From positions 1 to 64,000 of the forward strand of contig OY762964.1 of NCBI GenBank assembly GCA_963667035.1: a stretch of DNA of 64,000 nt, written 5' to 3'. The notes below the pieces were generated by a model. The model saw only the letters and a program-made list of their open reading frames with translations, ran no database searches and was not told the origin of the DNA. The DNA is from Candidatus Cloacimonadales bacterium. Lineage in GTDB: Bacteria > Cloacimonadota > Cloacimonadia > Cloacimonadales > JAFGVF01. The translations under genes and the position numbers were made by a program. This document shows positions 22,126 to 31,167 of the stretch, one piece after another (position 1 is the first letter of the stretch; each line of letters starts with the position of its first letter).

Positions 22126-25100
22126 TTAAAACTCAATAGTGTAGTACAGACCGGTTTGGAATTCGTAATCATGGTCTCTACCATCACCTTCATTGATGGG
22201 GGAGTTCTCATCCAGATTTCTGAACAACGCTTTAATACCTATTCTACTGGAAGTTTCCGTATCGAAGAAATTATCGATAAGGATTGAATAATCCAGCATG
22301 TATTGGTAAGGATAAGTAATATTGAATTGTCTGTACCAATCATAAGGACCCCAAGAATCCTTTTTCACATAGGTAGATATATAATGTTTTTTATTGAAAG
22401 TCAGTTTTGCAGTAAGTGAGTAGAAGTCGGCAGCATCTCCATCGGGATTACCCGTAGATTGTTGCTTACCTGCTTCAAGATTGATTATCCCTTTAAAGTT
22501 AGGATTGGGATTAACAACAAAGATTCCCTTTGCAAGCCATACATCAACATCCGGTAAACCACTACCGAAAGGAGCATTCGTTTCACCTTCCTGGTAATAG
22601 AAGAGGTGAGCATCTGTATCCGCTTTATATAGAGTATAGTTTCCGCCTATACTGAAAGCCAAACCTGCATCTTCCTTTTTATCTCTATCCCAAACGTAGA
22701 AATAACTCGCAGGAGTAGGGTCATAAGTTAGGAAGAATTCTCCCGAGACAGTTTCTCTGTTATCAAGAACGGCAAAAGGATCACTGTCTCTGTTTCTTGG
22801 AGTGGTTCCTGGATAGAAAGCTGTTCCGTCCATATAGGCATCGGTTGATTCCATAGCTTCTAAGAGATTAGTTCTATACATTGCACGTGGTAGTAACCAA
22901 ATATTACCAAGAGGTAAGAGCATGCCTGCTTCATATACCATTTTGTTACCTAAACTTGAGTATGGCATTGTTGATTCTCTTTCAACTAGAGCAGCTCCAC
23001 CGTCAGCAACCAATCCTGCGTAATTAGCAGAGAAATCTATAAGAGCGGCACCAATGCTAAAAGTCAGTTTTGCCTTTGCTCCTTGCGCATCTTTGAATTC
23101 AATCTGATCTTTATAAATCTCATCGTCATCCATGTAAGAGTATTCTTCATCTATCTTTTCTGTACCGGACATCAAATATCCCGCTTCCAGTTTAACACCG
23201 GGGATTAGTTCATTTTCAAAGGAGATAGCGGTTTGACGAGTAGCTTTTTCAGTTGCTTCCGTAGCAGTAGCTGAAGCGTCTGCTTGAGCAAAGTCCTCTG
23301 AATGAATAAAAGTCCATTTTGAACCTAAGAAATCAAAGTTGTACTTAACAACAGCTTTAGGATTAGCACCCCAATATATTTCTGGTCCCGTAACTACGGT
23401 TAACCCGTTCAAGCCTTTTTTGCCAATGAATTCGACTCCGTAAGGTGCTTTTGCATTCCAGATGTCCATTCCATCCATATCGGTAGCTTCTCTCATTAAT
23501 CCATAGAAATCACCTTCATAGCCCCAATGATAACGTGGTACATGATAGAAAGCATTGAAATCAAACATATCTGCATGATACGATGCTTCGAAACTATAAA
23601 TCTCTATTCTTTCATTATCGGTGATTTCTTTGGTTGAGTTAACTTGAAGACCATTGTCATTTTCTTCATTAGTTACACTGATGTAGGTTTCTCCTCGTTT
23701 ACCATAATACTGTTCCATAGGCAAATCAACGACATTACCTAGAATGTTTAAAGTAAAATTACCGTTTATTTGGCTTGTAGGATTAAAAGCAAAATCAAGG
23801 AACAACTTCTCACCATTAGTAAAATCAAGTCCGTTTTTACCGTCATTCTCAACATCTTCGGATTTTCCCGATAGGGCGATATCACCTTCAAGTCTTCCAC
23901 CCGTAAGTTTAAAAGCTTTATGGTCATCCATATCTTTTGTCAGAGTTCTTAGATTACTCTTCATTTTAAGATATTCCATATCGATACCGTTCAGCTTTTG
24001 GTTCATATCTTCTTTAGTGGTATTGTAGAGGTCTATCTTCCATACCTCTCTCAGCACATCATAAGCCATTCTTGGAACTGCTTCATATACTCCGTCGTTA
24101 TTAGGACCGGCAAGTCTGCAAATACCAAACCATTCCTCATTCATATTGTTCTGACCATGGACAAAATCAAATGAATATCCTCCGTTACTCCAAGAAGCAT
24201 GTTTATCTTGGACATCCAGATTCTCAGTCTGTTTGTATTTCCACCATTCGTCTCGCCATTCAAATTGGCAGCCTCCTAAAGCATTACCTTCTTCGCCTTT
24301 CCCGTAACTTTTATTGTATATTTCTACCCAGTTTCCTTTAATCAGTTCCGCTTGACCTTCCTGCTCTTCTTTGTCCGTGAGAGCATTAAAGGCATCACTA
24401 CCGAATTCGGTTAACATGATTGGGAATCCCGCTTCATTATAAACTCTTTGCCACATATCGGTAAAACTTACTCCACGATATGAGTTTACCCCTAAAATAT
24501 CCATGTCTATACACTGTTCTTTGATAATATCCAAGTATTGAATATCACCATTCACAATAAGATACGGGTGATTACTATCAGCTTTCTTAGCTTCTTTCAT
24601 TGCTTCGTTGTATAAGCTGTATAAGTATCTTGCTTTTTCTTTATATCTTTCTCCTACAGGAAGATTCTCTATTTCAAAACTGGACCATTCGAGTCCGTAA
24701 TTGTTCTCATTTCCTAAAGCAAAAGCCAGAACCCCGGGAGTATCTTTGAATTTGTTTACCATCTCAATGAAATCATGAATTAAAGTTTCTCTCGTAAGCT
24801 GGTCATCATACTCTGTCCATACATACCATTTACCGGCGACAGTATAGCCGTAGCGTCCCATAAGATGGTTGACTATAGTCATTATTCCATGTTCTTTATA
24901 GATGTATTCAACCCATTGGGGAGGAATTACTCCGAATTGCCTTATAGTGTTTACACCTGCTTTCTTCATGAGATTACATTCGTAATCCAATATCTTCTTA
25001 ATTTGTTCATCAGTATTTGCCCACAAATTATAGGAATAATTCTCCCCGATAGGAGTATACCCCCAAACCATTCCTTTTACGAAATAATCCTCATTATCGA

Positions 25101-25248
25101 CTTTCAGTTTCCAACCATTACTATCATTATATGTTTTAACGATACTGGGGAAATCTGACATCTCGGCATGAGCAATGTTGAATAGTAAAAGAAGTGGTAA
25201 TAATATATAAAAACGCTTTATTCTGGAAGAGCAACATTGTTTGGCCAT
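22126..25248 (-). CDS. Clan GH-A (GH2-like TIM barrel) glycosidase fused to a probable outer-membrane beta-barrel
   Basis: GVNTIR, LGNENNY (acid/base), LTEFGSD (nucleophile), FEWRDEWWK; C-terminal ~600 aa beta-rich, ending YEFQTGLYYTIEF. Confidence 0.75.
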   Translation of the reverse strand: MAKQCCSSRIKRFYILLPLLLLFNIAHAEMSDFPSIVKTYNDSNGWKLKVDNEDYFVKGMVWGYTPIGENYSYNLWANTDEQIKKILDYECNLMKKAGVNTIRQFGVIPPQWVEYIYKEHGIMTIVNHLMGRYGYTVAGKWYVWTEYDDQLTRETLIHDFIEMVNKFKDTPGVLAFALGNENNYGLEWSSFEIENLPVGERYKEKARYLYSLYNEAMKEAKKADSNHPYLIVNGDIQYLDIIKEQCIDMDILGVNSYRGVSFTDMWQRVYNEAGFPIMLTEFGSDAFNALTDKEEQEGQAELIKGNWVEIYNKSYGKGEEGNALGGCQFEWRDEWWKYKQTENLDVQDKHASWSNGGYSFDFVHGQNNMNEEWFGICRLAGPNNDGVYEAVPRMAYDVLREVWKIDLYNTTKEDMNQKLNGIDMEYLKMKSNLRTLTKDMDDHKAFKLTGGRLEGDIALSGKSEDVENDGKNGLDFTNGEKLFLDFAFNPTSQINGNFTLNILGNVVDLPMEQYYGKRGETYISVTNEENDNGLQVNSTKEITDNERIEIYSFEASYHADMFDFNAFYHVPRYHWGYEGDFYGLMREATDMDGMDIWNAKAPYGVEFIGKKGLNGLTVVTGPEIYWGANPKAVVKYNFDFLGSKWTFIHSEDFAQADASATATEATEKATRQTAISFENELIPGVKLEAGYLMSGTEKIDEEYSYMDDDEIYKDQIEFKDAQGAKAKLTFSIGAALIDFSANYAGLVADGGAALVERESTMPYSSLGNKMVYEAGMLLPLGNIWLLPRAMYRTNLLEAMESTDAYMDGTAFYPGTTPRNRDSDPFAVLDNRETVSGEFFLTYDPTPASYFYVWDRDKKEDAGLAFSIGGNYTLYKADTDAHLFYYQEGETNAPFGSGLPDVDVWLAKGIFVVNPNPNFKGIINLEAGKQQSTGNPDGDAADFYSLTAKLTFNKKHYISTYVKKDSWGPYDWYRQFNITYPYQYMLDYSILIDNFFDTETSSRIGIKALFRNLDENSPINEGDGRDHDYEFQTGLYYTIEF

Positions 25249-26017
25249 ATCCGGCTCCTTTTTTATTTAAACCTTAATCAATCTCTTAAAATCTTAACTT
25301 CTATATAGCAATGCGGATTTGAGAATCTGCTGTCAAGTATATTTTTACTTCTATTGTTTCTTGCTAAGTAATTTCTTAACAAATACACTCAGACAAAATA
25401 TCAATTACATATCACTGTATTCTCTTTGATAATACACAGATACATGCTAGTATTTAAATTCTACAATCTCCTTCTGAAGCAAAAAGAAAAATACAGACTT
25501 ATCAGTTTTAATCCTATATAGCAATGAATATTGTCTTTCTGAATTAGCGTTTCATTAAGATATCATTCCCTGTTTCAATTTTCGGAACCTAAGTGACAAT
25601 ATAATAATGATTAAGAGAAAGACAACAATATCTCTTTCTCATACCTTTGGAAACACAATTACTACGAAGAATAAATTATCTGCTTCCAATTTACCCTCTC
25701 CGACTGTGGTGTCATGAATAAGTTTACCATAGTTTTAGTTGCTCAGTTTACTTCATTTGATTGAAATAACTCTATCTTTTCTAAATTGATTAACTACGAA
25801 GCATATACACTTTCAGGAGTGTTGTAGTCAAGTGAGAATGATATCTTTTGTTATTATATATATATACCACTTTTTGCTTTAGTAAATGCCTTTACTGCTC
25901 CCGTTGTCTCCTGTTCTGTTTAGGGTAACCGAATTGAATCTAAGAAGTATCAAGAATTTCTATGTATTCATCTTTATTGACGATGAATACTGGATTTTAT
26001 TGTATGGGTATCATTAG

Positions 26018-26151
26018 TCGGAATGCGAGTTTCCTTACTTGCATGTGTCTTGGAGCACAGGCATCTTGCCCGTTTGTTTTTTGGAACGCTGACATCTTGT
26101 CCGCACATGCATTTGATTTATTCAAAGCCTGCAAGATGCAGGCGTACCCAG
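26018..26151. repeat. Cluster of four REP-like short palindromes (three direct, one inverted)
   Basis: CGGAATGCGAGTTTCCTTACTTGCA; TGGAGCACAGGCATCTTGCCCGT; TGGAACGCTGACATCTTGTCCGC; inverted GCCTGCAAGATGCAGGCGTACCCA. Confidence 0.6.
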
Positions 26152-26298
26152 TGTAACATGCATTTGATACATGGTTACTCATATTTTATCCCGTAGGGAT
26201 ATAGACCTATTCTCAATATATATCACTAACTAACTCAATCTACCTCTCCAATCTCCAGATTCTCTCATGACAAATAACCACATCCAACTTACGAGACT

Positions 26299-26349
26299 CT
26301 TGCATAATCCTTGCATAAATCTTACATAACTATGCAAGAACGATGCAAG
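26299..26349. repeat. 11-bp phased direct and inverted repeat array (CTTGCATA)
   Basis: CTTGCATAATC CTTGCATAAAT CTTACATA ac TATGCAAG aac GATGCAAG. Confidence 0.7.
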
Positions 26350-26432
26350 TTTCTTGTGACATGCATGCTTCGATTTTGTGCTTGTTAATCAGGGGCAAAA
26401 CGGGAGATAATAACGAGAAGGAATAAAAAGAA

Positions 26433-26659
26433 GAGTGTGTAAACCTCAATATGCGATTAAGCATATTATAACAACAATAAAAGGAGCACTACCAAACATA
26501 GAAGCATTAGAAAGACTGGTTTATCTAAGGACAAAAGACCTTATGGATAGTGCATATCCGAACTGGTTAATCATAAGAAATGAATTAATAACTTGCTTTA
26601 GAAGGCTAGAAAAATATGAGTTGGTATAAATCTATTTACACACTTTTTAGAATACTCTC
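26433..26659 (+). pseudogene. IS256-family transposase C-terminal remnant with right end
   Basis: KGALPNIEALERLVYL...PNWLIIRNEL resembles the IS256 C-terminus; followed by TTTACACACTTTTTAGAATACTCTC end; AGTGTGTAAA inverted copy at 26434. Confidence 0.65.
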
Positions 26660-26661
26660 CA

Positions 26662-26942
26662 TTGGACAGGTTAAGAAATCTGAACTGCATGTTATTATTG
26701 GCAGTCAGTTATCTTTATTCTTTGGATAAGTATCGATACGACTTTGCGGAAATGTATCAACACATTATGCTTAGTAAAAAGAGTAATCTAAAGGAATTAT
26801 GTAAGTTTATCTACTACAGACTATCGGCTGTTGTTAAAAATCTATTCAGAGATTGGAAGCATTACTTTGTTCCAAAGTATCAAGGTTGTCATGCAGAATG
26901 GGAACAGATGACATGCTTATGATAAAAAACGGGGGGATGCCA
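26662..26942 (+). pseudogene. DDE (IS4-like) transposase C-terminal remnant
   Basis: RLRNLNCMLLLAVSYL...FIYYRLSAVVKNLF fragment with no RBS, directly abutting the IS256 end; ends in AAAAAACGGGGGGATGCC, which looks like an IS end. Confidence 0.45.
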
Positions 26943-26989
26943 AAATTTCCTGTTAACCTTGACAGCTTTTCCTCTACTATGAAGTTGTC

Positions 26990-27148
26990 TATGATTTGGT
27001 TCTCCAATGGAGCTAAGATGGAATCTCGTTAAAAGCGAGAGCAGCCCCCGCTACTGTAAGGAGGAGCGAAGAGCTAATACCACTGTCTTGTAAAGATGGG
27101 AAGGAAGCTCTAAGAGATACTCCGAGCCAGGAAACATGCCTAATCAAA
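26990..27148 (+). ncRNA. Cobalamin (B12) riboswitch
   Basis: GGTTCTCC..TAAGATGGAA..GCAGCCCCCGCTACTGTAA..CCACTG..GGGAAGG..GAGCCAGGAAACATGCC (B12 box); P1 TGATTTGG/CCTAATCA. Confidence 0.92.
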
Positions 27149-27226
27149 TAAATTCAATGCTTTCGGGTGGAAAGTCGGATTTGGTGACAAATCTATTAAA
27201 TTCTTTTCCCCGGATTAGGAGAAAGG

Positions 27227-29413
27227 ATGAAAGCATCAAACTTACTATTCTTGGTTTTACTACTCACTACTTCTCTATTTTCAGTGTCATTAGATGACAT
27301 TGAATACTGGGTTGGAGAAGGTTCAAACAGAGCCGGTCTTGTTATTGACTGGCAAGACGGAATCACTCCTCAATCAATCATGTGGGGTTATCGTTGGGAC
27401 GGAACGGCTACAGGTGAAGACATGCTAAATGCTATTGTTGCTTCGGATACAAGACTTTCAGGAGATGTATCGTTACCAACAACAATTAACTATGACTTAA
27501 ACAATGACGGTAGTCTGGATGCAGATGATCATCAGAGAACAGCTAATATGTCTGCCGGTAGCTATTGGCCATACTTTATTGGAACAGATGGAGAAAACTG
27601 GAGTTATGCAACAACTACTCATGCAGGAAGAACTCTCTCCAACGGTGATTGGGATGGTTGGTCTTATTGTTCGGATTGGACTGGAGACACATTTCCTCCA
27701 TCATTACCTACTGCTGCAGAAGTTCCGACAGTATCTTTTTCTTTTGATGACATCGCTTATTGGATTGGAGAAGGTGACAATGTAGCAATGTTGGTTATAG
27801 ATTTCAATGATTCTACAAACGATGAAACAGAATCCTTTGCTTGGGGTTATCGTTGGTCTGGTGACAACGACATTAATGGGATTACTTTATTAAATACCAT
27901 TCAAACAATTGATACAAGACTTACTATTGATATTTCTTCAGGATTACTTAATGATATAATCTTTGATTACGACACTGTGCATGAAGGATTATCTGGTGAT
28001 CCGGATTGGTGGAGTACATGGACAAAACAACTTGATGGTGAATGGGCTATGAATAGTGGAGTGACAACTTCAATTTCTAGTGGTGACAGATTCGGGTGTT
28101 CTTATGGATTTACACCAGCAACTACAGAACCCGATTTCCCTGTAGCCGTATCTGCTATAGTAGCTGAAGAACTTATCACGCAAGATGATATTATCAATAT
28201 TAAGAATACAATTACTTCAATTGTAAAGCCTTTGTTTAATGATAATTATAATTGTGATTTTACTCTCTCTTTACTCGATACACCATCTGATTGCTCTATT
28301 GATATAATCGATAATGAATTACACGTAACTCCAAATGAGAGCTTTGAAGGAAGTATTGAAATAGATTATAAGCTTGTTTCTTTGAATAATCTTGAGTCCA
28401 ATATCTCAACTATAACAATCAATGTATTTTCTCCCTTTGCCCCTCAAGTAGAAACAGAAGGGACAACAGCGATCTTTGTTGAAGACACATCGATTCTTGA
28501 ATGGGCAACAGGAGTGATAATTGATAGGGGATATGTGGATGTTACAGATCAAAGTCAGGGATTTGCAACTTATGGTGATGATTCAGATGCTCTTGGCATG
28601 GCGGAGGGTAACAGCTATGATGTAGTAAGTCTTGGAGACGGTGGAGTTGCAACTCTTACATTCGAACATAACATATATGACGGCGAAGGATATGACTTTG
28701 CTGTGTTCGAAAATGGATTTGGTGACAATTCTCTTGAACTTGCTTTTGTTGAGGTTAGTTCAAATGGTTCAGATTATATAAGGTTCCCGGCTGTTTCTTT
28801 GACTCAAGCTTATACTCAAGTTACTGGATTTGATTCTCTATATGCTGAGGATATTCATAACTTTGCAGGTAAGTATCGTCAGGGGTATGGAACTCCTTTC
28901 GATTTAAGTGAGTTACCTGAATCTGATTTGGTAGATACAAACAATATCTCTCATGTTAGAATCATTGATGTAATAGGTAGTATAGATACTGAGTATGCAA
29001 CTTATGACGTTTATGGATATCCGGTTAATGATCCTTTCCCTACAGACTTTAGCTCTTCAGGATTTGATTTGGACGCAGTTGGTGTAATAAATCATATTGG
29101 AACGGAAGCAAATAGCGATAATAATCCCGAATTGTTTACTACCGAGTTGATTGGAAACTATCCCAATCCATTTAATCCAACAACCTCAATCAATTATTTA
29201 CTAAAGAATGAATCGGATGTATCTCTGAAAATATTCAATGTAAAAGGACAATTGGTTAGAGAATTGGTAAATGGTGTTCAAAAACAAGGAAATCATACTA
29301 TTGTCTGGAACGGATATAACAGTAACAACAAGCAGGTAGCAGGTGGAGTTTATTTTTATAAACTTGATACTAAGGAATACACTTCAACCAAGAAGATGCT
29401 CTTGCTTAAATAA
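27227..29413 (+). CDS. Secreted multi-domain putative cobalamin-binding surface protein with CTD
   Basis: Under a B12 riboswitch; two tandem DDI.YW.GEG.N.A.LVID..WGYRW repeats; VSLGDGG..FAVFENGF..ELAFVEVS domain; CTD GNYPNPFNP...KKMLLLK. Confidence 0.75.
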   Translation: MKASNLLFLVLLLTTSLFSVSLDDIEYWVGEGSNRAGLVIDWQDGITPQSIMWGYRWDGTATGEDMLNAIVASDTRLSGDVSLPTTINYDLNNDGSLDADDHQRTANMSAGSYWPYFIGTDGENWSYATTTHAGRTLSNGDWDGWSYCSDWTGDTFPPSLPTAAEVPTVSFSFDDIAYWIGEGDNVAMLVIDFNDSTNDETESFAWGYRWSGDNDINGITLLNTIQTIDTRLTIDISSGLLNDIIFDYDTVHEGLSGDPDWWSTWTKQLDGEWAMNSGVTTSISSGDRFGCSYGFTPATTEPDFPVAVSAIVAEELITQDDIINIKNTITSIVKPLFNDNYNCDFTLSLLDTPSDCSIDIIDNELHVTPNESFEGSIEIDYKLVSLNNLESNISTITINVFSPFAPQVETEGTTAIFVEDTSILEWATGVIIDRGYVDVTDQSQGFATYGDDSDALGMAEGNSYDVVSLGDGGVATLTFEHNIYDGEGYDFAVFENGFGDNSLELAFVEVSSNGSDYIRFPAVSLTQAYTQVTGFDSLYAEDIHNFAGKYRQGYGTPFDLSELPESDLVDTNNISHVRIIDVIGSIDTEYATYDVYGYPVNDPFPTDFSSSGFDLDAVGVINHIGTEANSDNNPELFTTELIGNYPNPFNPTTSINYLLKNESDVSLKIFNVKGQLVRELVNGVQKQGNHTIVWNGYNSNNKQVAGGVYFYKLDTKEYTSTKKMLLLK

Positions 29414-29419
29414 GAAATA

Positions 29420-29452
29420 TGAAAAGACCGATGCATTGCATCGGTCTTTTCT
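29420..29452. repeat. 33-bp target-site duplication, left copy (bidirectional terminator hairpin)
   Basis: TGAAAAGACCGATGCATTGCATCGGTCTTTTCT, identical to 31116-31148. Confidence 0.92.
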
Positions 29453-31115
29453 CAGACTGTTGACAAAGCTATGAGTAAGATTTCATGGCTTTGTCTTTTT
29501 TTAGCTTAAAATAAGAATATCAATCATTGACAAAAACCCCCTTAGATTATACTTAAACCATCATAATTAGAGGTGGTTATGCTTAAAAAAGTTTCTGACA
29601 CACAGTCCCAAATGGAGTTTGTAATAATAGATGATTTAGTACCGGTAGATCACATACTAAGGAAAATCGATAGCGTAATTGATTTTTCATTCATTTTAGA
29701 TAGAACAGCGCATTTGTATTGTTCTACTACCGGTCGTCCTCCAATTCATCCTATTACTCTTTTCAAAATGCTTTTTATTGGCTATCTATTCGGTATTCGC
29801 TCGGAAAGACAATTGGTCAAAGAGATAGAGGTCAATGTGGCTTATCGTTGGTTCTTAGGCTTTGGACTAACTGATAAAGTACCTCATCACTCAGTCTTCA
29901 GTCAAAATCGTAGAAGGCGATTTAATGATAGCAGCGTATTCGAAGAGATTTTTATAGATATAGTGAAGTTAGGCATTAAACATGGATTAGTTGATGGAAA
30001 GATACTTTATAGCGACTCAACCCATCTAAAGGCAAATGCTAATAAAGGTAAATTCGAGGATATTGAAGTTGAGGTATCCTCCAAGAGTTACTTGGAAGAT
30101 CTTAACACAAGCGTTGATGAAGATCGGAAGGCTCATGGTAAGAAACCTTTACCTCCTAAGGATAACAATCTTAAAGGAGGAGCATCACCTAAAGTAAAAA
30201 ATATCAAGTCTAGCACAACAGATCCCGATAGTGGCTTTATGACCCGTGATAGAAAGCCTCAAGGCTTCTTCTACTTAGATCATAGGACAGTCGACCATAA
30301 AACGAACTATATAACCGATGTTCACATTACTCCCGGCAATGTAAATGATAGCACCTGCTATATTGACAGGTTACAGTTCCAACAAAAGGTTTATGGTTTT
30401 AATGTTCAGGCAGTAGGGCTTGATTCAGGATATGATACAATTAACATTTGTAAGCAACTGGTAGATATGAATATTATGGGAGTCCTTGGCTACAAAAGAC
30501 AGGGAGGTAAGAAAGGTCTATTTAAAAAGAACAAATTTACATATAATTCCCGGAAGGATGTTTACATATGTCCATGTAATAAAGAGTTAAATTATAGAAC
30601 AACGAGCCGTGATGGCTATAAAGAATACAAGTCGAATCCTAGTGAATGCAAGAATTGTCCAATGCTAAGTAAATGTACAGAAAGTAAGTCTTCTCAAAAA
30701 GTAATCACTCGTCATGTCTGGGAAGAGAGCAAAGAGATAATCCACAAGAATAGGTTAACATTATGTGGGAAAGAGATATACAAGAGGAGAAAAGAAACCA
30801 TTGAGAGAAGCTTTGCCAATGCAAAGCAACTTCATGGCTACCGATATGCAAAATATCGAGGAATAGAGCGAGTTCGAGAACAAGCTTATCTAACAGCTAT
30901 TGTGCAAAATATCAAGAAACTCGTAAAATACCTTTTCAAAGGTAAATTAGGGAAATTAATAGCAAAATTTATCATCAATTACATGATTTTCAACTCCAAT
31001 TTACACGAAAATAGAGCTAAATCTCGCATGTTTAGGTTTGGGCTCAGTTAAAATGAAGAAAAATGACTTTCAACAATATATCCATGTAAATTAGAATGTT
31101 TTTGTCAACAATCTG
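29453..31115 (+). mobile_element. IS1182-family insertion sequence, complete (1663 bp)
   Basis: Terminal IRs CAGACTGTTGACAAA / TTTGTCAACAATCTG; flanked by a 33-bp direct repeat. Confidence 0.92.
29579..31051 (+). CDS. IS1182-family DDE transposase
   Basis: DLVPVDHILRKID, GRPPIHP, RSERQL, DSTHLKANA, DSGY, YKRRKETIERSFANAK. Confidence 0.93.
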   Translation: MLKKVSDTQSQMEFVIIDDLVPVDHILRKIDSVIDFSFILDRTAHLYCSTTGRPPIHPITLFKMLFIGYLFGIRSERQLVKEIEVNVAYRWFLGFGLTDKVPHHSVFSQNRRRRFNDSSVFEEIFIDIVKLGIKHGLVDGKILYSDSTHLKANANKGKFEDIEVEVSSKSYLEDLNTSVDEDRKAHGKKPLPPKDNNLKGGASPKVKNIKSSTTDPDSGFMTRDRKPQGFFYLDHRTVDHKTNYITDVHITPGNVNDSTCYIDRLQFQQKVYGFNVQAVGLDSGYDTINICKQLVDMNIMGVLGYKRQGGKKGLFKKNKFTYNSRKDVYICPCNKELNYRTTSRDGYKEYKSNPSECKNCPMLSKCTESKSSQKVITRHVWEESKEIIHKNRLTLCGKEIYKRRKETIERSFANAKQLHGYRYAKYRGIERVREQAYLTAIVQNIKKLVKYLFKGKLGKLIAKFIINYMIFNSNLHENRAKSRMFRFGLS

Positions 31116-31148
31116 TGAAAAGACCGATGCATTGCATCGGTCTTTTCT
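31116..31148. repeat. 33-bp target-site duplication, right copy (terminator hairpin)
   Basis: Identical to 29420-29452. Confidence 0.92.
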
Positions 31149-31167
31149 TTATATCTAAAACTAATTA

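Noticed and set aside
26018..26151. Possible mini CRISPR array
   Set aside because: Units are divergent hairpins separated by only ~7-20 nt, one is inverted, and no cas genes are present
25962..26182. Two short overlapping ORFs (64 and 61 aa)
   Set aside because: They are translations of the palindromic repeat cluster
26933..26942. GGGGATGCCA identical to the 3' end of tRNA-Glu(CUC), a possible att site
   Set aside because: Only 10 bp, lies upstream of the tRNA, no integrase; better explained as an IS end
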